The notes under the pieces: model-generated
The model's database searches: none
What the model was told of the DNA's origin: nothing
Seen by the model: the letters and a program-made list of their open reading frames with translations, nothing else
Origin: Mobula birostris
Lineage: Eukaryota
Direction: 5' to 3'
NCBI RefSeq assembly: GCF_030028105.1
Contig: NC_092379.1
Coordinates: 19,259,309-19,323,308, forward strand
Length of the DNA stretch: 64,000 nucleotides
Translations under genes and position numbers: made by a program
Shown: positions 12,451 to 26,115 of the stretch, one piece after another
Position numbering within the stretch: the stretch's first letter is position 1
How the letters are laid out: every line of letters starts with the position of its first letter

Positions 12451-12689
12451 CTTTGTACTTTTGGTGATGTGCTGATGCAGAGGGTGGAGGAGGAGAAAGA
12501 GATGGTGTTGGAGGCCAGGTAGATCAGGAGGCAGAAGGTAAGTGATAGAGGGGGAGCAGTTACTGGATGCTGAAGAATTTAATTTTAAGGCTGTCGAGGT
12601 GCAGGCTCCCCTAGAGAATATCAGCACACTCAGCACCCTATCGTTTACTGTGAAAGACTTTGCCTGGTTTGACCTCCCAAATTGGAACA

Positions 12690-13964
12690 CTTCATGCAGA
12701 TTCATAGAGCATGGAAATAGAATTCTTGGCCCAAATGGTCAAATTGGACCAAGTTTCTTATCAAAGCTGCTCATTTGCCAGTGTATACCCAACATCCCTC
12801 AAAAACAGTTGTTTCCAACCCTTTAATGCCATGGACCAATACTATTAAGCAAGGGATCCACGGAACCCAGGTTAGGAGTCCCTGCTCTAAGTCGTCCCTA
12901 TCCACGTACCTGTCCAAGTGTTTGTTTGTTCAAATGTCTGCCTCACCCACTTCATCTGGCAGCTGTGCAGACCATCCTCTGGGTGAAAAAGTTGTTTCTT
13001 CTGTTCCTATTAAGTCACTTCTTCTCCCAAAGAGCATGACTTCCTGACATTGTATTCCACCTATCACTTATTTGCCCATTCTCCTAATCTGTCCAAGTTT
13101 TTTGTTGCCTCTCTACTTCCTGACAGCTTTCTTCCCCTCAACCTAAGATAAACTGGGTAATGATTTCTTTTCTTTAGCTTCTCTCCCTTCTTGAAGAGTG
13201 AAGTGACATATGCAATTCTCCACTATTCTGGAACCATTCCATAATCTAATGATTCTTGAAAGATCATTATTAATGCCTCTATAATCAATTCAGCCACCTC
13301 TTTCAGAACCCTGGGGTGTAGACCATCTGGTTCAGGTGACTTATGTACCTTCAGAACTTTCAGTTTCTCAAGAATCTTCTCTCTAATAATGGTGGCTTCA
13401 CAAACATCATGACCCTTGACACCTGGAACTTTTACTATTCTGCTCGTGTCTTCCACAGTGAAGACTGATGAAATATATTTATTCAGTTCATCTGCCATTT
13501 CCTTGTCCCTCATTACTACCTTTCCAGCATCCTTTTCCAGTGGTCCGATATGACCTCTCACCTTTCTTTTACACTTCATGTATTTGAAGAAACTGTTGGT
13601 ATCCTCATTAAATTTATTGGCTAGTTTACTTTCATATTCCACCTTTACCTTTTTACTGACTTTCTTAGTTGCCTTCTGTTGTTTCTTAAAAGCTTCCTAA
13701 TCCTCTACCCAATTGCTGCTCAGGTATATGCCCTCTCTTTGGCTTTATGTTGGCCTTGACTTCCCTTGTTTGCCATGGCTGTGTCATCTTGCCTTTAGAA
13801 TACTTTTTCCTTTCAGGGATGTATATATTCGGTGCCTTCTGAATTGCTTCCAGCTATTGCTGCTCTGCCATCATCCCTGCCAGTATTCTTTTCCAATCAA
13901 TTCTGGCAATCAACTCCTCTCTCATGCCTCTGTAACTTCCTTTACTCCACTGTAATATTGATAT
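12690..13964 (-). mobile_element. CR1 LINE fragments (3' end and RT-proximal region); host of the Gmr1 element
   Basis: ORF 13223-13642 FFKYMKCK...KSPEPDGLHPRVLKEVA; CR1 3' UTR complement at about 12700-13020. Confidence 0.8.
12806..12884. mobile_element. About 80-bp hAT (Charlie-like) MITE
   Basis: Imperfect terminal inverted repeats cagttgtttccaacc / ggttaggagtccctg; flanks ctcaaaaa / ctctaagt resemble a decayed 8-bp TSD. Confidence 0.6.
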
Positions 13965-14774
13965 TGTCATGTATCCCATGACAGGTTAAAGATCCAGCAG
14001 AAATGGAAAACACTTTGGAGTCCAGTATTGCTATTAACTAATGGTATTTATTAGTAACTACGCAATACAGTAATATAAATGCAGATATATCAAACAGGAT
14101 TGCAATGATTATATCTAGGTAAGTGTGGAAATATATGAAAACCAAACTTCCTCAGGTCCAGGGGTAAATAGATAGTCTTATGATGATGAGTAAAGTTCAG
14201 TTCAGTTCATAGTCTTGAGTTGAGTAGTGATGGAGCGAGAGAGAGGGAGAAATTTGAGTCTTCAGGTGAGCTGACGCCGTCAATCTTCTCATTGTCCTCC
14301 GAAATCCTTTAGAAGTTACCGACTGTGACCACAACAAAGGGGACCATTCTTCTGTGGTGGAATTATCAACCCAAGCGAGGGTTGGGCACACAAATAACTC
14401 CCCACCGGTCACTCCCTTTTCACACTGCGAGAGCCACTGATTGATCTGCCTGATTGATCCTCCAAAACCCACCTTTTCTGTGGGTACAACAAAGCTCATT
14501 CAGTGTCCAAAACCATGTGTCTTCAGGTCTAACAGTTGACCTTCTATTTATCTCACTGTGCTGAATACTAGCTGTCCATCAAGCAGCTCCTCCCTCCTCT
14601 CTCTGTAAGAACACAGAAGCTGCCAGTATCCTTGTAGAAAGTATAAACAAACTGTGAGTAGTCTTCGCCTCTCTCCCTCTTTCTTTCTCTTTTTAACAAG
14701 GTGTCTGGTGTTGAACAACTCTCTCTCTCTTTTCAAAAGCACAGTTCATTGGGGTAATTCAGGACCCTGTCACA
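13965..14774 (-). repeat. 3' LTR of the Gmr1-type element
   Basis: TGTCAT...TCACA; followed by PPT complement cccccttcc at 14775-14783; aligns with 26116-26908. Confidence 0.9.
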
Positions 14775-15707
14775 CCCCCTTCCTTTTAAAAAAAATGATG
14801 CAGGCAAAATTTTTAGTTTAAATGTAAATTATAAAGTTGAAACAATACATATATATTCATCAGATAACAGAGCAAAAACGTGTACCATTTCTAACTGAAC
14901 ATCTGGATAAACAATCAGCTATAATATTGTCTATACCGTTCACATGTTTGATTTTCAGATCATATTCTTGCAATATCAGACTCCAATTTAATAACCTTCT
15001 ATTCTTATCCTTCATCTTAGTTAGAAACACCAACGGATTGTGATCCGTGTAAACCACAAGTGGTCTCTGGGCAGGACAAACATAGACCTCAAAATGTTGT
15101 AAAGCCAGAATAAGTGCTTGTAATTCCTTTTCAACAGTGGAATAATTTTTCTGGTGCCCATTAAATTTCTTTGAGAAATATGCTACTGGGTGTTCAATGT
15201 CATACACACCTTTCTGTAACAATACTGCCCCAGCAGCTTTGGCACTAATGTCTGTTGCTATAGAAAATGTCTTGGAAAAATCAGGTGCTTTGAGCACAGG
15301 ATGATAACACAGGATGGTTTTCAGGTGATCAAATGCCTCCTGGCAAAGATCACTCCATACAAATCTTTCACTCTTCCCTAGGAGCTTTGTTAGGGGGAGA
15401 GTGATATCTGCAAAGTTCTTACAAAACTTATGATAATACCCAAACATTCTCAAAAACCTTCTCAAAGCTTTCTCGCCCGTCAGAATGGGAACCTCGGCAA
15501 AGCTTGAACCTTGGCCTGTATAGGAGCCATTTGGCCCTGGCCTACTACGTAGCCCAGATAAGTAACTGTGGCATGACCAAACTCACTTTTATCCAGGTTT
15601 ACAGTAAGATTGGCTTTGGACAGCCTTTCAAACAATTTTTCAACAGCCACCATATGCTCTACCCACGTGTCATTCCAGACCACTAAATTATCTATCGTGG
15701 TCCCTTC

Positions 15708-18700
15708 TGGCAATCCCCCACCTTGCCATTTGCCTCAAGAATTGAGCCTTAATTACCTCATTTAGATTTCAATCATTCCCAGGTTGCACTAACTACATGC
15801 ACCTGCTTCCCATCAGAAACGACAGGATAAATACCCTGTGACCACAGCAAGAAGCCGCCAGTTTGTTGGTTGACTCTTGAGAGAGTAAACCTTGTTTCCT
15901 ATTCCTGAGAACTGTTAGTTCTAAGTTTTGCATTGTCTCCTGGATATCGGCTCCCCGTTCGCGATGGCGCTATGCCTAACAACTCTGCCTCAGCATCTGT
16001 GTCCTGCACGTGGGTTCATCCCCAGCCACGCCTTTGCAACAGAATGAACTTACCAAGCATGAACCCAGTGGACATGGACCCCGTGCAACAGGCCCTGGCC
16101 AGCCAGGGCTATCTATTGGGCGCCCACGATCAACTACTTCAGGAGATCACAGAAAACCTTCAGACACTGTCCATGAATGTGCAGAAGGTCAGTGAACAAG
16201 CAGACCGGCTCTCTGCTTCTTTTCCTCTGTTCCCTCCAAGAACCCTGGCTACCCAAACCGCACCGCTTGGGATGGCTTCACCCCTGGAATCAGCAACGCC
16301 ACCCCCTCGAGAGCCGTATGTACCCAAGCCCGAACCCTACGCCGGGGACCTAGGTAGGTGCCGGGCCTTCCTGTTACAATGCTCCCTAGTCTTTGAGCTG
16401 CAGCCACGTACCACACTTCTGATAAGTCAAAGATTGCGTACATCATGGGGCTGTTTCGAGGGGATGCCTTGGCTTGGGCAACTGTGATATGGGACAACTG
16501 ACTGGAGATTTGTACCTCCTACTCCTCCTTTGTCGCTAAACTGAGGAAAATATTTGAGTAATCCATTCGGGGTAAGGACGCCGTGAAACGGTTGCTTACT
16601 CTTCGTCAAGCTTCGCGAAGTGTGGCCAAGTATGCCATTGAGTTCCGGACCTTGGCCGCAGACTCCGGGTAGAATGACGAGGCCCTACGGGAGATGTTCC
16701 GACAGGGCCTCTTGGACAAGATAAAGGATGAGTTGGCCGCGAGGGACGACACAGACAGTCTGGACTCGTTGGTATCGCTAGCCATTCAATTAGTTTATCG
16801 ACTTCAGGAACGTCTGAGAGAAAAGCCCAGTCGCCCCACTCCTCGGGTCAGCCCACGTCCCACCTTACCATCTTCTATCAGCACTAACTTCTCTCTTCCC
16901 ACTATTCCTGGCAGAGATTCCGCTCCTACTGGCCTGGCGAATCAAACGAACCTCCCTTCCACAACCCAGACTCCGATGCAGATCCCAGCAACCGTGAATT
17001 ACCAACAACTGTCCCTGTCCCTATCCGCTTTGGTGGATTCCGGTGCTGAGGGCAATCTGCTGGACGAAGAGATAGCCACCCAGGCCGGAATACCTCGTGA
17101 GCCGCTAACCACCCCCCTGGAGGCCCGGGCCCTGGACTGAAAACTGCTGGCTCGGGTGACCCGCTGTACGCCGCCTCTGACCTTGATCCTATCCGGCAAC
17201 CATCGGGAGGAGGTAAGATTCAGCCTCATTCATTCACCTCAAGCCCTGGTAGTTCTAGGGTATCCATGGCTGACCCAACACAATCCCCACATCAACTGGT
17301 CTATCAGGAGGATAGCAAAATGGAGCCCGTCTTGCCATGCCAACTGTCTGTGGTCTGCCCCTTCCCCCAGAGAGGCTACCGCGACCCCGCCTGTGTTGGA
17401 ACCCCTCGACTTGTCCCGCGTCCTCACAGAGTATCATGACTTGGGACAGGTGTTCAGTAAACAACGGGCCCTTCCCCTGCCTCTGCACCGCCCATATGAT
17501 TGTGCCATTGACCTTCTCCCCGGGGCCTCGCTACCCACCAGTCGCCTTTTTAACCTCCCCCGACCGGAGAGAGAGGCCATGGAGAAATATATGTTAGCGA
17601 GTCCCTCGCGACGGGCATTATTAGGCCTTCATCCTCCCCGGTAGGCGCCGGTTTCTTTTTTGTGGAAAAGGAGAACGGGACGCTTCGCCCTTGTATCGAC
17701 TACTGAGGCTTAAATAATATAACAGTTAAGAACAAGTTCCCTCTACCACTCATTAGTTCGGCTTTTGAGCCACTGCATGGAGCCACCATCTTTTTGAAGT
17801 TGGACCTTTGCAACGCCTACCATTTAGTCAGGATAAGGGAGGGGGACAAATGGAAGATGGCCTTCAATACACCTCTGTGTCACTTTGAATATTTGGTCGT
17901 GCCGTTTGGCCTCACTAATCTTCCCGCTGTTTTCCAAACTCTGATCAATGACATACTGAGGGACTTTATCAATCGATTCGTATTTGTTTACCTTGACGCT
18001 ATCCTGATATTTTCTAGCAGCCCCCAAGAACACATACGCCATGTCTGTCAAGTCCTCCAGAGACTGTGGGGAAAACCAGTTACTTGCTAAGGCGGAGAAA
18101 TGCGAGTTCCACATTCCTTTGGTCAGCTTCCTAGGCTATATCATTGAAAGCGGGCAGGTAAAAGCAGACCCCGAGAAGATCCGGGCAGTGGAAGAATGGC
18201 CTCGACCCACGACACGTAAACAACTTCAACGATTCCTAGGGTTTTCAAACTTCTATCGTAGATTCATCAGAAACTACAGTCGAGTGGCGGCACCCCTTAC
18301 CCGGTTTACCTCGCCATTTTGCTGGGACTCCGAAGCAGACTCGGCATTCACTGACCTGAAGAGACGTTTCACCACCGCTCCCATTCTGGTCCATCTAGAC
18401 CCATCACATCAATTCATCATTGAGCTGGATGCCTCAGACTCTGAGGTAGGAGCAGTCCTGTCCCAATGATCAAGTTTGGAGGAAAAGCTTCACCCCTGCG
18501 CCTTCTATTCTCTCCGACTGTTCCCCACCGAGCGGAATTACGAAGTGGGAAATCAGGAACTGCTGGCGGTCAAACTAGCGCTGGAAGAGTGGAGGCACTG
18601 GCTGGAGGGGGCGGAACACCCGTTTGTGGTATGGACTGATCATAAGAACCTGGGGTATATTCAGACCGCCAAACGATTGAACTCCCGCCAGGCACATTGG

Positions 18701-19490
18701 GCATTGTTTTTTGATCGGTTCAAGTTTACCCTCACATACTGTCCAGGATCCAAGAACGGGAAGCCGGATGCGCTAACCCGCCAGCATGACTCCAAGGATG
18801 ACACCTCCAAGTCCCGAGACTATCCTCCCACCTTCCTGCATGGTTGCCACCCTCACTTGGGAGATCGAGGCTAAAGTAAAGGAAGCCCAGCGGGATGACC
18901 CCGACCTGGGAAATGGACCCGGCGATCACCTGTACGTGCCCACCTCCATCAGGTCCCAGGTTATCCAATGGGGGCACACCTCCCGGTTCGCCTGCCACCC
19001 CGGGAGTGATCGGACGCTAGCTCTCCTGAGGAAGCACTTTTGGTGGCCGACCATGGAGGGGGACACCCGTTCTTATGTCTCAGCTTGTTCCATCTGTGCC
19101 TGGGGGAAGGTCTCTCATCGACCACCTGCGGGGCTACTTCATCCTCTACCTGTCCCTGGTCGTCCCTGGTCACACATCGCCTTAGACCTTGTCACCGGTC
19201 TACCCCCTTCCTGCGGAAACACCACAGTCCTCACCGTGGTAGACGGCGATTCTCTAAGGCAGTGCACTTTGTGGTCCTCCCTAAACCCCCTTCCTCTCAG
19301 GAAACCGAAGATCTCCTTGTCCGCCACGTCTTCCGCCTCCTAGGAATCCCTGCTGACATTGTCTCTGTTTGAGGTTCCCAGTTTGTCTCGCAAATATGGA
19401 AGGCCTTCTGCCAAGCCTTGGGCGCATCGGTCAGCCTGTCATCCGGCTTCCACCCCCAGACGAACGGGCAGACGGAACGGGCAAACCAAA
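15708..19490 (+). mobile_element. Sushi/Tf2-like Gypsy element (5' LTR, gag, protease, RT, RNase H, truncated integrase) nested in the Gmr1 RT
   Basis: gag PEPYAGDLGRCRAFLLQC; protease ALVDSGAEGN; [22 protein letters not shown]; RNase H ELDASD, WTDHKNL; integrase [14 protein letters not shown] ends ...ttgcaaca near 16040; its left boundary is uncertain. Confidence 0.9.
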
Positions 19491-19505
19491 ACATTATATT
19501 CACAC

Positions 19506-20697
19506 TGTCACAATGGTGGGGGCGTTGATGGTGGACCCAAATGCAAGACACAGGGACTGAAGTACTAGGAACAGGACAAGGATGCAGGACCTGGGCTAGG
19601 ACATGGACAAGAAACAGGGGAACTGGACATGGAACTATGAACTAGGAGCCTGGGCTTGAACCCCAAGCCAGAGACTGGACAAGGACCCAGAACCTGGGTC
19701 TTGCCTCGGGCTCAGGCCCCAGAATCAGGCAAGGCAAGGACATGACATGACTGCAGGACTGGAGGCTGGGGTCTTGAGGCTTGAGCTTGGAGACAGGCTC
19801 GGGGTCTTGGGTCGTGGGTCTAGGGTACTTTGAGGTTTGTGTATGGACTCCGAGCCAGAGACAGGGCAAGGATCCAGAACCTGGGACTTGACTCGGGCTT
19901 GGACTCCAGAACTAGGCGAAGACTCTGGCTCGGACTCCAGAACTAGGTGAGGACAAGATGAGGCTACAGGACTGGACATGGCTTGGGTGAGGAATTCTTG
20001 GGTAGGGCGAGACACAAGGACAGGTAAAAGCACATGGACAGAACTCGGATAGGACTGGACTAGGCACGGACTGGACGAGGGCCTTCAGGAGCACGGAGCC
20101 TTGGACTAGAAGAGACAGGAGCACAGAACACAGAGCCGGCAGCCCTCCTTGGGAATAGGACGTAGAGCCGGGACTCATACACAGAACGCTGAACATGAAG
20201 AGATAGATCCCAACAGAAGGTGGTGGCAAACGGCTGGACCCACCTAGCGAAGGTGTGGACACAGAGACAGTTCTCAACACTAGGTAGTGGCAAACAGCCG
20301 GACCTGCCTAGTGAAGGCGTGGACATGGAGAGACAATTCCACACAACGAAAGACAGTCCCTTATCTTGACCTAACAATGTTCCGGTCTCGCTCCGGCGGT
20401 AAAACTTAAGCGATACAGGTGGGTTATACAGGTGGGGAATCCAGACTAGGTGAGCAGATAAAGAATCAGGCGAGGTATCCAGGCAGACAGTCAGGTGGGG
20501 GGTGGGGGGGGGCGGGTAAAGCAAGGAGGGGAACAGAACAGTCCAGCAGGGGATCCCTGATTTGCAGAGGTATTTATGTCTCAGCCGCAATACGAGAATC
20601 ATGTGCCTACAACAGAAACTGGGGAGAAACCCTGGAATAAGGAACTATGGACCGGACCGTGAACTGGAATATGGACTTCACGGACTGGACCATGACA
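19506..20697 (-). mobile_element. Solo LTR (about 1.19 kb) of a sushi-like family inserted in the Gmr1 RT
   Basis: TG...CA termini; 5-bp TSD cacac (19501-19505) / catac (20698-20702); removing it restores Gmr1 RT codons VTPS*LYEYNV. Confidence 0.85.
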
Positions 20698-21666
20698 CAT
20701 ACAGTCAAGATGGTGTCACAAATGCTGATATCTCTCTAGCCCTCTCTGTTAAAGGAACGCACCAATATCCCTTTAACAGGTCAATCTTTGTAAGGTATTT
20801 AGCCTTCCCCACTTTATCAATGCAGTCATTCACTCTCTTTCCTTGTTCTTTCTTGTTTCCAGCTTCTTGTTCAACCATCTTACTTTCCTCTAAATTCTTT
20901 CTGTAAGAATGCTCCTTGATTGGCTGGGCTGAATTTACAATGATGTCATGCCCTGCAGCCATACACCATCTTGGAATGTCAGAAAATAAATCTTTATGTT
21001 TGCTAGTTAATTTTTCAACTGTTTTTGCAGTGTAGGTTCCAAATGATGGACCTTGTCAGTGATATTTTTCAAAACAATGGAACTCTTCAATCTTGTTGAT
21101 ACTAGATTCAGTGGGTTAAAATGATTTTTCACCTCATTCCCAGCCTCTGCCACCACGACTGTTTTCCTAACTACCCACAGGTGCTACCCTATCAAATAAG
21201 TGTTTATTTTAATTTGAACATTCTGCAAACTTTCCTTTGCAAGGTCACAAACATTGTTAAGTCTTTTCCACACATTGACCCATATTTCCAAATCAGACCA
21301 CAGTTCTCTGAGTAGGGTCAAATGTCCTTTTCATCTGTGACCGAACACAGGTTCAAATAGACTGCACTCCAATGATTTTTGAATTATATCTCCAACAGCA
21401 AATAAGAGTAGGGAAACCCCCTCATCTCAGTTTTGTTCCAATTTTTAACACAATGTTGTATCATTTCTTAATGCATGTATGCATTTGTAAATGACAATAA
21501 AAGAGGACTGAGTGTTCTCATAATCTTAAAAAAATATATTTTTATCATGGTCTTAAGAGTGGAGTTGAACCGTTCCAAGGCTCTCTCGGACTCTGTGTGA
21601 TGTGCAGATGACCCAATGTGCTTAGCTCCAAATTCTCCAATTATCCCTGGAATGTTCTCAAAGTAA

Positions 21667-23990
21667 CTGTATGCTGACAGACCGACTCGGGGGAGTGCCA
21701 TACTAGATCTAGTATTAGGTAACGAACCGGGTCAGGTCACAGATCTCTCAGTGGGTGAGCATCTGGGGCACAGTGACCACCAGTCCCTGGCCTTCAGCAT
21801 TATCATGGAAAAGGATAGAATCAGAGAGGACCGGAAAATTTTTAATTGGGGAAGGGCAAATTATGAGGCTATAAGTCCAGAACTTGTCGGTGTGAATTGG
21901 GATGATGTTTTTGCAGGGAAATGTACTACGGACACGTGGTCGATGTTTAGAGATGTATTGCAGGATGTTAAGGATAAATTTGTCCCAGTGAGGAAGATAA
22001 AGAATGGTAGGGTGAAGGAACCATGGGTGACAAGTGAGGTGGAAAATCTGGTCAGGTGGAAGAAGGCAGCATACATGAGGTTTAGGAAGCAAGGATCAGA
22101 TGGGTCTATTTAGGAATATAGGGTAGCAAGAAAGGTGCTGAAGAAGGGGCTGAGAAGAGCAAGAAGGGGGCATGAGAAGGCCTTGGCAAGTAGTGTAAAG
22201 GAAATCCCCAAGGCATTCTTCAATTATGTGAAGAACAAAAGGATGACAGGAGTGAAGGTAGGACTGATTAGAGATAAAGGTGGGAATTTGTACCTGGAGG
22301 CTGTGGAAGTGAGCGAGGTCCTCAATAAATACTTCTCCCTGGTATTCACCAATGAGAGGGAACTTGATGATGGTGAGGACAATATGAGTGAGGTTGGTGT
22401 TCTGGAGCATGTTGATATTAAGGCAGAGGAGGTGTTGGAGTTGTTAAAATACATTAGGATGGATAAGTCCCCGGGGCTGATGGAATATTCCCTGGGCTGC
22501 TCCACGAGGCGTGGGAAGAGATTGCTGAGCCTTTGGCTAGGATCTTTATGTCCTCGTTGTCTACGGGAATGATACCGGAGGATTGGAGGGAGGCGAATGT
22601 TGTCCCATGTTCAAAAAAAGTAGTAGGGATAGTCCAGGTAATTATAGACCAGTGAGCCTTACGTCTGTAGTGGGAAAGCTGTTGGAAAACATTCTTAGAG
22701 ATAGTATCTGTGGGCATTTAGAGAATCATGGTCTGATCAGCATGGCTTTCTGAAGGGCAGATCATCTCTAACAAGCCTGATAGAGTTCTTTGAGGAGGTG
22801 ACCAGGCATATAGATGAGGATAGTGCAGTGGATGTGATCTATATGGATTTTAGTAAGGCATTTGACAAAGTTCCACATGGTAGGCTTATTCAGAAAGTCA
22901 GAAGGCATGGGATCCAGGGAAGTTTGGCTCAGTGGTTTCATAATTGGCTTGCCTGCAGAAGGCAGAGGGTCGTGGTGGAGGGAGTACATTCATATTGGAG
23001 GGTTGTGACTAGTGGTGTCCCACAAGGATTGGTTCTGGGACCTCTACTTTTCGTGATTTTTATTAACGACCTGGATGTGGGGGTAGAAGGGTGGGTTGGC
23101 AAGTTTGCAGACGACACAAAGGTTGGTGGTGTTGTAGGTAGTGTAGAGAATTGTCAAAGATTGCAGAGAGACATTGATAGGTTGCAGAAGTGGGTGGAGA
23201 AGTGGCAGATGGAGTTCAACCCGGAGAAGTGTGAGGTAGTACGCTTTGGAAGGACAAACTCCAAAGCAGAGTACAAAGTAATTGGCAGGATACTTGGTAG
23301 TGTGGAGGAGCAGAGGGATCTCGGGGTACATGTCCACAGATCCCCTAAACTTGCCTCACAGGTAGGTAGGGTAGTTAGAAAGCTTATGTGGTGTTAGCGT
23401 TCATAAGTCGAGGGATAGAGTTTAAGAGTCGCGAGGTAATGATGCAGCTCTATAAATCTCTGGTTAGGCCACACTTGGAGTACTGTGTCCAGTTCTGGTC
23501 GCCTCACTATAGGAAGGATGTGGAAGCATTGGAAAGGGTACAGAGATGATTTACCAGGATGCTGCCTGGTTTGGAGAGTATGGATTATGATCAGAGATTA
23601 AGGGAGCTAGGGCTTTACTCTTTGGAGCGAAGGAGGATGAGAGGAGACATGATAAAGGTATATATTAAGAGGAATAGATAGAGTGGATCACCAGTACCTC
23701 TTCCCCAGAGCACCACTGCTCAATACAAGGGAACATGGCTTTAAGGTAAGGGGTGGGAAGTTCAAAGGGGATATTAGAGGAAGGTTGTTTACTCAGAGAG
23801 TGGTTGGTGCATGGAATACACTGCCTGAGTCAGTGGTGGAGACAGATACACTAGTGGAATTTAAGAGACTACTAGACAGGTATATGGAAGAATTTAAGAT
23901 GGGGGTTTATATGGGAGGCAGGGTCTGAGAGTTGGCACAATAATGTGGGCCGAAGGGCCTGTAATGTGCTGTACTATTCTATGTCTATGT
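21667..23990 (+). mobile_element. 5'-truncated CR1 LINE (end of endonuclease, RT, 3' tail) inserted in the Gmr1 integrase
   Basis: DRPTRGSAILDLVLGNEPG; RT ORF 22798-23397; tail ctattctatgtctatgt; aaagt repeated on both flanks; same family as 1887-3522. Confidence 0.93.
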
Positions 23991-26092
23991 TAAAGTTAAT
24001 ACCCTGGTCAAATTGAATTTCTTTGGGCAGACCTACCAGTGTGAAAAACTTACTGAATGCTTTTACTACAGTCTTTGCCTGGATGTTTCCGAGTGGCAAG
24101 GCTTCAGGGAACTGAGACACAGCACACATAATTGTTAACACATACTGATGACCAGCTGCAGTCTTTGGCAATGGGCCTACACAATCCACTGTGACCCTTG
24201 AAAAAGGTTCACCAAAAGCAGGTATCAGTTTAAGTGGTGCTACTTGAATAACCTGATTAAGTTTCCCATCAACTTGGCTGGTGTGTCAAGTCCTGCAATA
24301 ATTCACACCATCCTATCTTAAACTAGACCAGTAGAATTCCTTCATAATCCTATTCACTGTCTTTCTCTCTCCAAAATGTCCACCGAAAGGCATGTTTAAA
24401 ATTTCATCCCTGTAAAGTTTCGGAACTACTACCTGATGCTCAATGGCCCAATCCTCACTTGCAGGCACAGTGGCTGGTCTCCACTTTCTCATCAACATCC
24501 CATCTTTAAGGTAATATCTCACTGACTCTCTCTGAACCTTCTCTTCTGTGAGAGCTGTCTCCTTTAAAGCCACCATATCTGAATCTTTATTCTGTTCCTC
24601 CATAAATTCCTTCCTCGATAAGGACAAACCTTTTGTCATACATCTTACTCTCATCAGCTTTACTACCCCCTAAGTCCTGCTGGAATATGAAAGGTAGAAA
24701 AGTCGATGACACATCATCCTGGAGAGGTGTCAACCTCCCCCCATTGTTTACTAAAGTTAGCATTATCAATAGACTTATAAAAAACATGTGTATATTGTGG
24801 AAGAGGCCAAACAATCCATTTATCTCATTCCTACGACCTTTATTCTGACCTGTCTCCTTAGCAACTTCCACCAATGGCGTCTCAAAACCATATCAATTCT
24901 CCTTTTTCTCCACAACATCGTCATGCATAACATCATAACCTTGAAGGTGTTTACCTCCAAATGTCAAAACAAAATTCAACAGAGTGGCACATACTTCCTC
25001 AGCAGGCCTTTGTCCTGCAAGCACGGTCAAATGTCGTGAAACCAATCTAACTTTCACAATTACTTTATTCAAAAGTCCGGAAACAACACCTTTCCCAATA
25101 TCTTCAGTAACATTTACCTCACCGATTTCTATCTTATTACTAACTTTTAAACCTTCCCTCCCCCCCCCCCCCCCACCAATACAAGTGACTAAGAATTCTC
25201 AATTTCCACTGGTACCAAGGTTAACCGCTTATTCACTGAGCCATAACCATCTGACACAAAAGAACGGCATTCCTTTCCAACCAAGTCGGACACCTCAGAC
25301 CTTAACTGAGCTTCAACACAAGGTTCAGTACCCTGTGAATCCACAGATACTTCAACAATCTGAACACAGGCAATTGGGACAGCTGCCTCTTCTGGGCCTT
25401 CATCACTTGCCCCAGTTTCAAATTCAAGGTCACCCCGAACCTCCCAGCTACTCTCTGGGTAACTCTCATCTGGAGTAGACTCAACCTCGTGGGATAAACC
25501 AACTTCATCTGCTGTCTTAGCAGACCCCTGCAAGGTGGCGGCATCCTCTTCAACTAGGTATGCATTTACATCAGCAGGAACACAATTTTTAAATTCTTCA
25601 AACAAAACAAGCTCTTCCGAGCTGTAAAAATCATCAGGGTCTGACACTAAACCTCTCAGCTGCCACATCTCCCTCTTGAACTGTCTCTGTCTTTCTACCT
25701 CTTCTCTCTGTTTTTCTGCCTCTTCTGCCTTGAGCTGTTTCAGTTGCAACTCATGTTCCCTTTTTAATTTTTCCAACTGAAGCTGAAGCTCAGCCTCAGT
25801 AAGTACTTTATCTTCAGCAAACATTTTCAACACATCCTCAGTAAATTGTGTCGTTGAAATATAATATTCAATTTTTTTTGAATTTCTACCTTAGCCATAC
25901 CCTTCTTTACCGTCTTAAGTTTCAGCTCCTCAACAATTGTCTGCAATTCATCCTTTTTAGCTCTCTTCAAAACCACAGGGTTTGACAATGCCAGAAATTT
26001 CCTAACATCCATTTCTGCTGTTTTCCCACATGACCAAATCAAAAGGGATTTTCCCCAATCAATTCCAAATAAGCCCCAACCAATTTGTTCAT

Positions 26093-26111
26093 ATCCCAGA
26101 CGCAGGCCCCA
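26093..26111 (-). promoter_or_regulatory. Primer-binding site resembling the complement of the tRNA-Pro 3' end
   Basis: Minus strand tggggcctgcgtctgggat directly inside the 5' LTR, versus TGGGGGCTCGTCCGGGAT expected for tRNA-Pro. Confidence 0.65.
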
Positions 26112-26115
26112 ATTT

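Noticed and set aside
19560-20350. Regularly recurring short repeats, superficially array-like
   Set aside because: Degenerate internal LTR duplications with no constant repeat plus unique spacer structure; not CRISPR, and the DNA is eukaryotic
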